Shown in pieces: positions 22,546 to 33,100 of a stretch of 64,000 nucleotides of DNA. Every line of letters starts with the position of its first letter. The first letter of the stretch is position 1. The stretch lies in assembly GCF_964204865.1 (NCBI RefSeq), contig NC_135258.1, forward strand, positions 16,960,916-17,024,915. Reading direction: 5' to 3'. The DNA comes from Styela clava. Lineage: Eukaryota. The translations under genes were made by a program, and so were the position numbers. Below the pieces are notes generated by a model. It saw only the letters and a program-made list of their open reading frames with translations, searched no databases and was not told the DNA's origin.

Positions 22546-22874
22546 GTTAGTAGCTGTGTTAAAGCTGATGTTAATAAACAATGCAAGAAGTCCCACTAAA
22601 TGAATGTTAAATGAATAAAATTCCGCATTGTGAGCTTTATTAAATTGTTGAGTACATGGCCTGTGGCCAGCTAGATGTCTAAAGTTGGTTATATGGGCCG
22701 ACAAAAGATGTTGCACACCCCTGTTTTTATGTGCAGTGCCTTCATGAACATTACATAAATAACATTCACTGTGTGTTGGTTTTACAAGGTACAGCTTGTT
22801 TGTACATAGCACTGAATCATTGATATCAACATTTTGTTCATTTGTAACTTGTCAAATGTCAATTTATTTTACAG

Positions 22875-22993
22875 GAAGCCACCGAATCATGAAGCTCTCA
22901 ATGAATCCATGTTGAAGAATCCGTTTTATAGAATCATCAAGAATTCTCCGGACTTGAAGAAGTCTAGGAACAATTCCACTTTCAATGAATCAG
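22875..22993 (+). CDS. GNPTAB: GNPTAB exon 11
   Basis: Acceptor ttttacag|. (R)KPPNHEALNESMLKNPFYRIIKNSPDLKKSRNNSTFNES. Donor TCAG|GTATGG, phase 1. Confidence 0.7.
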
Positions 22994-23433
22994 GTATGGG
23001 CTAAGGATGTAAATGTGACACTTCGTTTGAATCTGGTCTTATTTAGTTTTCTAAAATTTTGCCTTGCATTATCTTGTTTTGCCTGAAGAAGTTAGATTAG
23101 AATCTAACAAAAGCTCACAAATATACTTGCTATTTTGTGAAAAGAGATCATTTCATTCTTACTTAATATTTTGAAACTATCTTGTTTGAGTATCCTGGTG
23201 GCAATGACCGTAATTCAGATATGAAGTAGGAAGTAGACCAGGAGAAAAGACCTGCAGTTTAAATGCCATATCCTACTATTTAAAAGTTTAAAGTCAAATG
23301 TGTATAATCCAAAGTCTAAAGTTTTTTTAAAAATGGTTAAGCTCTTATATCATGGTTTTTAGTATCATGGCGATAAATCCATCTCTAATCTCAGTTTATC
23401 TTTTCCCCATTTTTTCATTCACACCTATTCTAG

Positions 23434-23623
23434 AACATGCATTTGCTGGAAGAAAGCTCCTGTGGTATGAAGAACAACAATTATTACTGAATGAAACTCT
23501 GGAGAGAGTTTTGCATCACCAACCAAAGAAAACAGGATTTTTACCCTGGGAAAAGGAGAGAATATTTGACCTTGATATGAAGAAGGTGGAGGAGAGAGAG
23601 AGAAAAAGAAGATTGATGAATGA
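23434..23623 (+). CDS. GNPTAB: GNPTAB exon 12
   Basis: Acceptor cctattctag|. …GRKLLWYEEQQ…KTGFLPWEKERIFDLD matches human …[28 protein letters not shown]. The only donor that restores frame into exon 13 is GA|GTATTA at 23624. It is a weak site, so this 3' end is tentative. Confidence 0.6.
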
Positions 23624-24020
23624 GTATTATGATTAATGATTGGTAGAGATACCCACACCCTCATAACACCCTCCCTTAAAATTTCTTATAGGTCTGGCCG
23701 TCTGGGGCAATTTTCAAGATCTAATTTCAAATAAAAATGAAAACGGCATTTTCAAGTTTAGCCTTTTCGGATTGAAACCATTGAAATGAGATTTATTATT
23801 AAAATTACAGTTGAAGCTCAATGTGTTTTTCATTGACAGTTCATCGCACTACCGCTTGTGCATGGTGCATCTTACAAGATCAGAAGCTGTCAGAAAAATG
23901 AAATAAATATTCTTGAAACACAAATCTACATCAATATATCTATCTGACATTGTGAGCTAATTTGTAAATTTAAGGAGATGGGTATATTTTATATTCCTGT
24001 CCTTTTTATCCTATCTGCAG

Positions 24021-24170
24021 ATTCAAAATTGACGATTCTTTAAGAATTGGTAGAAGAAAACCCTTAGATGCATTTGCGGATTCCTTAAGATACGTCAGTA
24101 ATATTTACAACAGAGATTTTGGTTTTACTCAGCGTAAAGTACCAGCACATATGCCTCACTTTGTTGACAG
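24021..24170 (+). CDS. GNPTAB: GNPTAB exon 13 (alpha/beta cleavage region and Stealth CR3)
   Basis: Acceptor ctatctgcag|. …[41 protein letters not shown] matches human [40 protein letters not shown]. Donor GACAG|GTAAGG. Confidence 0.85.
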
Positions 24171-24782
24171 GTAAGGTTATTAAACACGGATATGGTACTC
24201 TTTCTGGGATGGCCACATTTGAAATCCCAAATAGGCACTAATTTTGGAGTGTCTTAACGGCTCAAGTTATAGGCAAATATAGTTGAATTTTATTGAAGAT
24301 CTGTTCATGGTTTCCCTGTGGCAATGTACAAGTAATCACTCATATGGTACTATTTTCGAAGGACCGATATCTTCCAGTTTTTGCATTGCATATCCAATTT
24401 ATAAGATTCTGAGTGAGGTGGTGGACATGGTGTTTTGAATAATAGAGGTCAATTATAAGGTCAACATAGTCCACCGCTCAGACCGTCATCTTAACCATTA
24501 AAAATGATCACTTGTCCGAAAATAACTGTTATTTGTTCAATCTCTCAATAAGAAGATTCTTAGCTTGTGTTTACTCGTGACATAATGCGGCTCTTGTGCT
24601 GTTTGAATATTTATGTGTCCATAATATGTATCACAGTAATACTAAACTAATCAATATTAGAAAAACTTAGAAATGCACATTTATGTATTTCCTCCTGAAA
24701 ACAGCCAATTCCACTCTGTGGAGGAATTACTTCCCTTTTCAGAAACACAACCTTAAAGTTTCAATTATTTTATTATTCATAG

Positions 24783-24861
24783 AGACATCATGTTCGAATT
24801 ACAAGAAAAATATACAAAGGAATATGATATCACTTCCTCACATAAACTTCGACATTCTGAA
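24783..24861 (+). CDS. GNPTAB: GNPTAB exon 14
   Basis: (R)DIMFELQEKYTKEYDITSSHKLRHSE matches human [27 protein letters not shown]. Donor GAA|GTGAGT. Confidence 0.8.
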
Positions 24862-25128
24862 GTGAGTGGCATTTCTGTTACTTTGATATAGATTGTGAAT
24901 TGTTTTTCTGATGTTTGCCATCTATTACTTGAAATTTTTTTGACAAGTTACGGTAACTCTTTGGTATAAATACAGTTGTATTGTAGTATAATTATGATTA
25001 TATATTATATAAATGTCAATTTTTTTCGAGTTTTTGGACAAAGTCTGTTTCTTCTTTCTCATAAAAATATCATAATTTAGCTCATATCAATGTTAAAAAG
25101 TTGGTACCTATTAGTCATGCTTACTTTT

Positions 25129-25432
25129 AGGATAGGATTTCACATTTATCCTCGTAAAGTTGCTAAGATGACTTAATCATATACCACAGCCTCTTGTCCG
25201 GTTACCAGTCCATGACAGGTATGGTATTAATTAAGCAGTGATTCGTCTCAGATGCATAGACTTGGTGGTGAAGAAAGCTGTAACTGAACCACCTTTAGCC
25301 AGCGAGGTCAAGTAATCCTTGCACATAATTAACCCCATGTGATTCGAATCTGCCAACAAACTCAAGGTAATATCATAGGTGTGATGACAAGTAAATTTCT
25401 AAAGCTTAGCATGATGCACCAATCACAGAAGG
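25129..25432 (-). mobile_element. SINE family A copy in GNPTAB intron 14
   Basis: Minus-orientation copy with tail TAGGATAGGATTTCACATTTATCC, body CTTGGTGGTGAAGAAAGCTGTAACTGAACCACC, head B box GATTCGAATC and …CATCATGCTAAGCTTTAGAAAT…. Confidence 0.6.
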
Positions 25433-25538
25433 TGAATTTATATCGAGACTATTAATATAATGACCTAATATAATAACCAGCATTATATTCAAATATGTAC
25501 CAATGAATTGTCTATTTTCAATTGTCTACTTGTCACAG

Positions 25539-25663
25539 GATATGCAATTTGCTTTTTCATACAATTACTACTTGATGAGTGTGAAAGAGCCACTTAACTT
25601 CACCAAGGTTTTCCTTTCTCTCGACACTGATGGTTCTAAAGTATTGTCTGATAGGGAGATAAG
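25539..25663 (+). CDS. GNPTAB: GNPTAB exon 15 (EF-hand, first part)
   Basis: Acceptor cttgtcacag|. [13 protein letters not shown]…[17 protein letters not shown] matches human [13 protein letters not shown]…[17 protein letters not shown], with a canonical 12-residue EF loop [12 protein letters not shown]. Donor ATAAG|GTAATA, phase 2. Confidence 0.85.
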
Positions 25664-26249
25664 GTAATAACTTGACTTTAACGTACAGTAGTTCTTGTTA
25701 ATTTTCTAATTATCATCTCCTGTACCTGATTTATAATTAGATCTGGATAAAGTAACAGGTGCCTTCCATGGTATCTTTGTGCTCTTTGGGAAGGAATTTA
25801 CATGCAAATATACAGGCTTACACGAATATGTTGCACGATCTCGCACCTCAAACTAATTTTTTGCCATTTTGTAACCTTCTGGATGGATCCTGAAACTGCT
25901 TTTTTCACTGACTTATGGTGAATGCTTTATGATAACATTGAAAGATGTAAATATTCAATGAGAATGAATGCCTTAAAATATATATTTTTTATTGCCTACT
26001 GAAAATTAAGAGTTCTAAAAATAAAATAGTAAAACATCTTTCTGTTTTATATATTTTTTTCTTGAAACTTTAGTAGAGCTTCTTTCACTGGACTTTTGAG
26101 TTTGGTCATGTGGTGGTATTAAGTAAAATAAGCTAAAACCAAACAGTGATGTCACAATAAGCACCTGCATTTTCTATAGCATAAGCATAGAGCGATGCCT
26201 ATGGGCCTGTTTTACAGTAAGCCATGGTACAAACTGCTAAATTTAACAT

Positions 26250-26423
26250 GGTTTGTCAAATCTTAAATGTTTTGGTATTGTACATCCATCCTCTAACATA
26301 CCTCAGCGACCCCACGACCTGTTTGCAACCCTACCTACTTATCACTCTGACCCAATTTGGGGTCGTGACCCCTGGTTTGAGAACCCATGGTCTATAACCC
26401 TTAACCACTCGGCCACCAAGCCC
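26250..26423 (-). mobile_element. tRNA-headed SINE, family B (GGTTCTCAAACC…GGGTCACGACCCC core), intronic
   Basis: The reverse complement reads GGGCTTGGTGGCCGAGTGGTTAAGGGTTATAGACCATGGGTTCTCAAACCAGGGGTCACGACCCCAAATTGGGTCAGAGTGATAAG… (tRNA D-arm-like GGCCGAGTGGTTAAGG). The core is shared with MITE termini at 40557, 50377 and 63262. Confidence 0.55.
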
Positions 26424-26468
26424 ACAGATATCTATATACTCTCAAATCAGTTTTTGCCTCTAATACAG

Positions 26469-26580
26469 AACACTAGCAACAAGAACACATAATCTACCTT
26501 TAACATTGCAAGAATTAACAAACTTAGAAAAGAATATTATATCATGTGCTTGGAAGCTGTATGGACCTCAGAGAATAAAG
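26469..26580 (+). CDS. GNPTAB: GNPTAB exon 16 (EF-hand region, second part), small exon not visible in the ORF track
   Basis: Found from the phase mismatch between exons 15 and 17. Acceptor taatacag|. (R)TLATRTHNLPLTLQELTNLEKNIISCAWKLYGPQRIK aligns to human (R)[39 protein letters not shown]. Donor AAG|GTAGGG. Length 112 restores phase 0. Confidence 0.8.
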
Positions 26581-27011
26581 GTAGGGTGGTACCATTTCCC
26601 TGTTATTACTAATTAGTTTTTTTGTTTGATACCGTGAAAATCTATGTCACACATACAAGCACACATGAGCTTCAAGCCATCTCATTTGTGACACTTACAA
26701 TATGTCAAGTATTTTTCAGCTGAATTTACCGTATATGATATGCACATATTTGAATTAATTTTAAAGAATTAATTATCTTACTTATTAGGAACAACTACAT
26801 GGTGAGAGAACATAACTTTTGTGCAAAGCATCTTAGATTTCTAAACTTATGGGTATAATCATACACAAAGAAAATTTCAAGTGTTAAATAAATTTTCTTC
26901 ATTTTCATAGAGTAATTAGTAATTTATCTGTTATGTTTTATTGGGCCACCCTGCAGACAAAATTTCTCTTTTTTGTATGGACTGCAAGTCAGTGAATATA
27001 TTTTCCAAATA

Positions 27012-27450
27012 CTGTATATACTCGCAGATAGGTCGCAATTTTTTTCTTATATTTAAAAAAAAAATATAGGTGCGACCAATCCGCTCGACATAGTGCAAAT
27101 CGCCACCAAGTCGGAACAGCGAGTTGGTTATTCATGAGTCGTATGGTCTGCGCTTGCGTACATGCACTTATTATCACAGGTGTCGATAAACATATTTTGA
27201 TCATATGGTCTGCGCTTGCGTACATGCACTCATTATCACAGGTGTCGATAAACATATTTTGATTTTAAGCCCTACAAAAAGAAAAAAAAATGGGAAGTTA
27301 TCTATGCAAAAAAGCTAGGGAAAAGGCCTTCTAAGTCCCTAGATTTTCAGTGCGACTTATGTGCGAGTCAACTCTGAATTAAACTTTTTGAACACAAAAT
27401 TAATAGTGCGGCCTATACGGTGGCGCGACCTATCGACGAGTATATACGGT
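27012..27450. repeat. MITE-like element with about 27-bp TIRs and an internal 61-bp tandem duplication (27136-27264), in GNPTAB intron 16
   Basis: TIRs ACTGTATATACTCGCAGATAGGTCGCAA and CGCGACCTATCGACGAGTATATACGGTA. The internal unit …TATGGTCTGCGCTTGCGTACATGCACTYATTATCACAGGTGTCGATAAACATATTTTGAT is repeated twice. Confidence 0.5.
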
Positions 27451-27981
27451 AACTATCATGCTACTATTTTTATTGATGAGTGTTTTTTCTATCGAAATGG
27501 TCAATTTTGTGCAAGAAAGTGTTATCCAGGACAATGTAGTGTTTTAAATAATCATTTGGTTATAACAATCAATCTCAAAATTGAATCATATATTAATTGG
27601 TACATATTGTTTACGTCTAATCATGATAGTGACAGAATTTATGTGGACTACGCGTTGACCGACCACAATGTATGTGTAGGCTATTTTGTTGTATGGAATT
27701 ATTTTATTTCAAAATATTTCCGTAATTTTTGGTCATGATCACCTATATACAAAGAGCTATCGATTTGATATTTTGCTTTTAAAGATTATAGATCTTGTTT
27801 TAATCTCCTCTATGCATAACACCCTTACCCAAGGTATGATAATTTGTGTAGGGTTGTCAAACTGGACTTAGACTCTCTCAAAATAGTATCTCCTTACGTA
27901 TCAATGGCTAATTTTCCTTATTTGAAGTGAAAATATGCGGAACATCTAAAAAATTATTTTTCCATTCATGTTTTTCTGAAG

Positions 27982-28197
27982 GAAGGGAATCAAACCGACG
28001 ACAAAGATATAGAAGAAGACAAACCCAAGTTATCAGAGATGAACCAACCTACGGAATCGTTGGAGCCGTGGGCAGTCACAGAGCATTATTATGATAAAGA
28101 AATGCCTTTTGTTACTGAACATCTTGTTCTAAATTGCCCATTTTTGATGCAAATGATCAACAGTTCTTATGGAGCAAAACCAAAATATAAACACCAG
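27982..28197 (+). CDS. GNPTAB: GNPTAB exon 17
   Basis: Acceptor tttttctgaag|. …PTESLEPWAVTEHYYDKEMPFVTEHLVLNCPF…YGAKPKYKHQ matches human …[27 protein letters not shown]…KDKNKYRFE. Donor CAG|GTATGA. Confidence 0.8.
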
Positions 28198-28728
28198 GTA
28201 TGATAGAGTAAATTGAAAATAAGGCTTATGTGTTCATATCTTGGTTTTCTGGATGAATTGTGATTGGTACTTATTTATTGACAGATATCGATTAATGCGA
28301 ATGTGTTTATAATATGACGTTTTTTATGGAAATTTCACTTTGAACATTGCTCAATGCAACCAGTGACCTATATTTTTGGCATACTTGAGTTTTGGAATGG
28401 TAGACATAACCCTTGGTTGGTTACGACTTCTTCAGTTGTTCAAGGGCCTGTATTGATACAATTAAATTTTCAATACGTGTCATTTGATAATAGATAATAG
28501 GAAGAGGTTTGTCAAATATCTAAGCATTACCATTTGTTTTTCTTTCCCCCAGCATAAAACAAAACTCATATTTCAAACTTGACACAAAATGCAAATGGAT
28601 TTAATATATTGTTTCAGTTGAAGCTCCATGCATTTGATTGGTCTAGATTTTCTTTGAAAAATCTTTGTCGTATTGAAGTTTATGGTTCACTGTACATAAT
28701 CCATGTTTGATTGTTCTGATTATTCCAG

Positions 28729-28865
28729 GTTATGGATGAAGATGAAATCACATTTAAAATGATTCGTAGCAATGTATCGACTGTTGTAGGACAACTCGAT
28801 GATATCAGGAAAAATCCTAAAAAATTTATTTGTCTCAATGATAATATTAATCATCATAATACTAA
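28729..28865 (+). CDS. GNPTAB: GNPTAB exon 18 (Stealth CR4)
   Basis: [45 protein letters not shown] matches human [44 protein letters not shown]. Donor ACTAA|GTAAGT, phase 2. Confidence 0.9.
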
Positions 28866-29554
28866 GTAAGTCTAGAAAATGATTCTTCTCCGGTAATATA
28901 TAACCTGGTGGGTGCAGTTAATAAGGCTCAGAAAGCCATATATATGATTGGGAATATGCACATTTATTAAATGAATCAGGATACAAATACAGGATATCCA
29001 ATTTGTGTGACTATATCAAGTAATAGGAGTGGGGCATACCCCTGGTGTAGATGATGCAGTTATATCAATTTTATCCACCGACCATGGTGTTGTTTCAGTG
29101 CTATATTTTCTGATTCTGTAATATCTGAATATGAAATTATTTTTTTGTAATATTGTCCCGATTGCCGCATTGATAAGAAGTTATTACCTATATATAGCAA
29201 AGTGATAAAATCTGTCTGGTAAAGAAAACTTATTATTAAAAGACTCCTCATTCATAATTGTTGGGACATTAATTGTGTCTACTGTCTACTGATTGTTTTG
29301 CTAAATTGTTATTCCTCTACTGATGAACCAATCATTTTCAAATTCTCAGTATTTGAAACAAGACTTACTTTTTTTCCAAATTCTTATATGGTTAGCTTTC
29401 TATTCCTTATTGTTGTACCACCTTGTGACATGTAGGTCTCGTAGGCAACCGCTGTACTGCAGTTAGTAATTTGACCGCATTCTTGCTTATAGAAATCTTA
29501 CCTCTCAAACATTTTGTACATTAAATATTTAACTTCATGTTTTTTATCTTTCAG

Positions 29555-29906
29555 AGATGCTGAAATGGTCAAAGCTGTTTTGCGAGACTTCTATGAGACA
29601 TTTTTTCCCACAGAATCACAGTTTGAGTTACCACCAGATTATAGAAATAGATTTTTAGATATTTATGTACTTAGAGCATGGAAAGAAAGAAGAGATTATA
29701 TTTCTTCGTGGTTACGTTTAATATTACTTATAATTTTATTTTTCACTGTTATATCAATATTATGGGACAGAGTTTCAGGTTCCTGGCGTCTCAATAAGAA
29801 TCGATTTTTACGAAAAATTTCTAATTTTAGTATATTTTCTTTTTCAAATTCATTATCTGATTCAAACCAGAGTTATGAACGAAAACGTAGGATGAGTAAT
29901 GTGTAA
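29555..29906 (+). CDS. GNPTAB: GNPTAB exon 19 (terminal; C-terminal TM and stop)
   Basis: Acceptor tttttatctttcag|. (K)[34 protein letters not shown] matches human [35 protein letters not shown]. TM segment LRLILLIILFFTVISIL. Stop TAA at 29904-29906. Confidence 0.9.
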
Positions 29907-31759
29907 CATGTGCCATGATTTTAAATTTATATTCGAATTAAATATTTATAACCAATGGTACAGCATAAATATTGCAAAAACCTGTATTGAGAGTACTGCA
30001 AAGCCTTTTTTGTGATGGTCGAGCATGCCTTTTTGGGTTCAACATCCTCGTTTCACCCAGGGTGTGCTGGAGAGATGACAGTTATTTGAAAAATTGTAGC
30101 CACTTATGCAAAAAACGTAGATCTCTCATTTGAGGAAAATAAGAAATAAAGACTGCTTAGTATCATGGGGAACCGCTATGGAACTAGTCCTATAGTGAAA
30201 ATATTTACCAGTTTGATTCCAGATACTTTTTTATTCTATCTCCCCTTATTGCAGTTAACAACTGTATTGTTTACAAGTATGATATGTTGGAATGCATGCC
30301 CCCTTTCGATAACTTTAAAAAATCAAGTTGACTTTGTGCATCAAAGTTCTTGGAAGAAATCGAATGTCCTATGAAATATTTCCTTCAATTTACAGTCCTA
30401 GTTTTACAAACACCAAGCTTTGTTTCATATATTTCTAAAATTGCATTTCTTTTACATTGTTGCCGGTATGATGTTCTCTCTATATTTTTTTGAAACGGTA
30501 GCTTCATGAAAATCCACATTCATTTGTTATAACTCTGTGCCAAAATATTAACCTAACCGGAATTGATATTATAATTTTTGTACCAGCCTCAAATTTCACA
30601 TTGAAGCAAGAAGTTTATGCTACTCCATTAAATTAGGACTTGATTCTGTAATTTAGTAACTTAAACCTTTGCCAAACATAATAGTACTCTGAACTGGTAT
30701 CAAAACGGTCTGTAGAAACATGTTTATATTAGTTTCATGGCCTGCAACTTCAAAACTGGGACCTGCTCTTCTGTGAAAAGCTGGGTGTGCCAAATTTTAT
30801 TAAGTTGAATGCTAAGAATGAATGCTTTGCATATTCACTGCAAGTTTAATTCTTTTTGAAAAATCACTGTATCCTACCTTGCTGAATTGTACGAATATTC
30901 TACTGTGTTGTATTTCTGGTGCATTTCAAACCGTATATTAGCATGTGATACCAGCGTACTGTATTGCAAAATTACATCATATTTAAATTTCGAACATCTA
31001 TAACTCACTTGGGGGTATTTCCATTGATCAATGTTATTGTTGGCTTATTCAATGAGAATACTTTCTGTATTTTAACACAGTAGAATTAGCTCATTTAAAA
31101 ATCTGTAGGACTTGCAGTATGTTTTAACTTTTTTTACTGTGTTGTAATGTAAGGCGCAGCAACCTACGATATGCAACAGAGGTATTTTTCGTTAATCTGG
31201 TGGTACTTCAATGTCCTTCATAGGTAAATTTGGTAACGAAGAAAGCAATTTCTGTTTATAACTTGATTTCATTATTTATTCGATTCATCTATTTTAAACT
31301 TTTCAATTCAATCACATTGTGCCAAATGTTGGCGTGCTGATACTTCCTAGTGCAATAAAGCAAACTTTATTATTAGCGTACATAGATTGGTTGTATTGTG
31401 ATTTGTTGAACAGTTCCCATGCTTAGTCTTGCAGGAAGTATAGTCTTGCAGGAAGTCTTGAATAACTTCTTGCTGCCCATATAGATGGAATTACATACAT
31501 AGGCATGACGACGTACAAAATAGTAAGAACCTGAGCGCCAGAAAAATCCTTATAGCCTACAGGAGAGATTCAGAGATTCACAATTTTGCGGAACAGATGC
31601 AAGTCATTGCATAAGACCGGGATGGCACACCAATGACCCGCTACCTCACAAATGAATGCAAAATGCATACTAACATTACACTGGTAAAATGATAATAAAA
31701 CCGACTTTCGCTCAATCCAAAGTGACTTGACTGTTTATAGTCACTTTGGCTCAATCTAA

Positions 31760-31865
31760 CAAGAGGTGGTGTGGCGCTAAGCGTTAGGAATGCGCTTGCC
31801 ATCGCACCTCCGATTACCGTGCGTGGGTTCGCAGATTTCTGGACTCCTCGTCGCGGAACACGAAG
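31760..31865 (+). mobile_element. SINE family A, head-only fragment
   Basis: GAGGTGGTGTGGCGCTAAGCGTTAGGAATGCGCTTGCCATCGCACCTCCGATTACCGTGCGTGGGTTCGCAGATTTC… (A box and diverged B box). Track ORF 31641-32072(-) is partly read through this fragment. Confidence 0.55.
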
Positions 31866-32559
31866 CAAGTTCGTTTCCAGATCATTATGAACGTTTTCCA
31901 GTATATTGGTATACACGTGGTTTCGCAAATGAACTTCCTGAAGTCGAGCACCAGAAATCTTTCTAGTCGTGAATCGTGATAAAAGTGCTGCGTGAGTGCA
32001 GCTCAAAACTCCACAATAGCAACCAAGAATTATAAGCAGAGCATGCAACAGCATCTTTCTCATTTGATGCAAACCTTTATTAAATATCTATGACCCACAG
32101 TCTTATTTTCCACAATGAAAATATAGTTTTTGACCCATTCATTGAAAGAGGTTTGCCATCCATGGCCCAGCCCTGAGAGGTGCGTTGGAACATCATTTGG
32201 GGAGAACATAACTAGTGTGCACAGCGTCCTTTATTCCTGAAACTTTTTACAATCACGCACAAACAGAAGTTCAAGTGTATACAAAATTGAATGAATCGTC
32301 TTTATTTTCGTAGAAGCAATTAAGAAGATTTATGGGTTCTGTTTTTTGGGGGGTTACCCTGTATATTACTACATAGTAGGGATGGGCCGGGATTCGGATC
32401 CGGACTCGGATTCGAGTCGAATCTTCTAGGCGAAGTCTTCTAGGCGCGATGACGATAGCCAGAGATGGGCAATATAGAATACCGAATCCAACAGGATCCG
32501 ATAACAGGATTTGATTTCGGTCTCTTCGGCGCCATGCGTCAATTTCGTATTTCCTGCCC

Positions 32560-33100
32560 TAATTTATAAATAGAAGACTAGCGTTTTCTTTCGCGTGGGA
32601 ATCTCCCTCGTTTAATTATACTTGCGTTTTCTCGTAAAGAACCCGCAAATTCGGTAAACATCAGACACGGTAATCTCACTCGGCATATTCAGAACAAGAA
32701 GACGGCCATGAAAACCACCACATGGCGAAGAGTCGTTATTGCACCATTTTTGCGTTTTCCCGCTTTACTATCAAGTTAGCGTATAATGATATTCCGATAA
32801 ACTGTTTGCAACAAACTTTCATTTTTACAGACGTGCCTTGCGTCAGTTTACATTAAATGGTTTTCGCGATCTGCGAGCTTTCCACAACAAAAATAATATA
32901 AACTATAATCTAGGAGTCAAATGTTATGACATCATTTGCGAATAATTTAGAATCAATATTATTTGTGAATAACTTTGTTACTTTTACTACACCATTTTCC
33001 AAAAAAGAAGTTATATCGTAAAACAAGACAGACTGTTATAGGGAGAAGCGATGCAAGTCTTGGGGATAAAGACTGTTCACCATGGAATGTGACTCCAATC
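32560..33100. repeat. dispersed repeat family D, copy 1 (others at 42650-43240 and 56700-57610)
   Basis: Shared blocks include …GACGGC(C/G)(A/T)T…ATTGCACCATTTTT…, CCCGTTTTCGAAAATACAA(A/G)GTTATA(T/A)CGCAAAA…TGTTTTGT(T/C)ACATTTATTTTGC…CCAATAAAATACATAT and …TTGTCTCAAGATG…. No intact ORF, so non-autonomous. Confidence 0.5.

Noticed and set aside
23586-23587. Strong-looking donor AAG|GTGGAG for GNPTAB exon 12
   Set aside because: It leaves phase 0 while the homology-anchored exon 13 needs phase 2. The weaker downstream GA|GTATTA at 23624 is the only in-phase choice before the in-frame TAA.
31641-32072. 143-aa minus-strand ORF with a signal-peptide-like start and an RVPRRG dibasic site (candidate secreted/neuropeptide precursor)
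   Set aside because: The C-terminal half is a read-through of a SINE-A head fragment (31760-31865). The remaining 65 residues have no conserved features and the dibasic/Gly arrangement is not a proper amidation motif.
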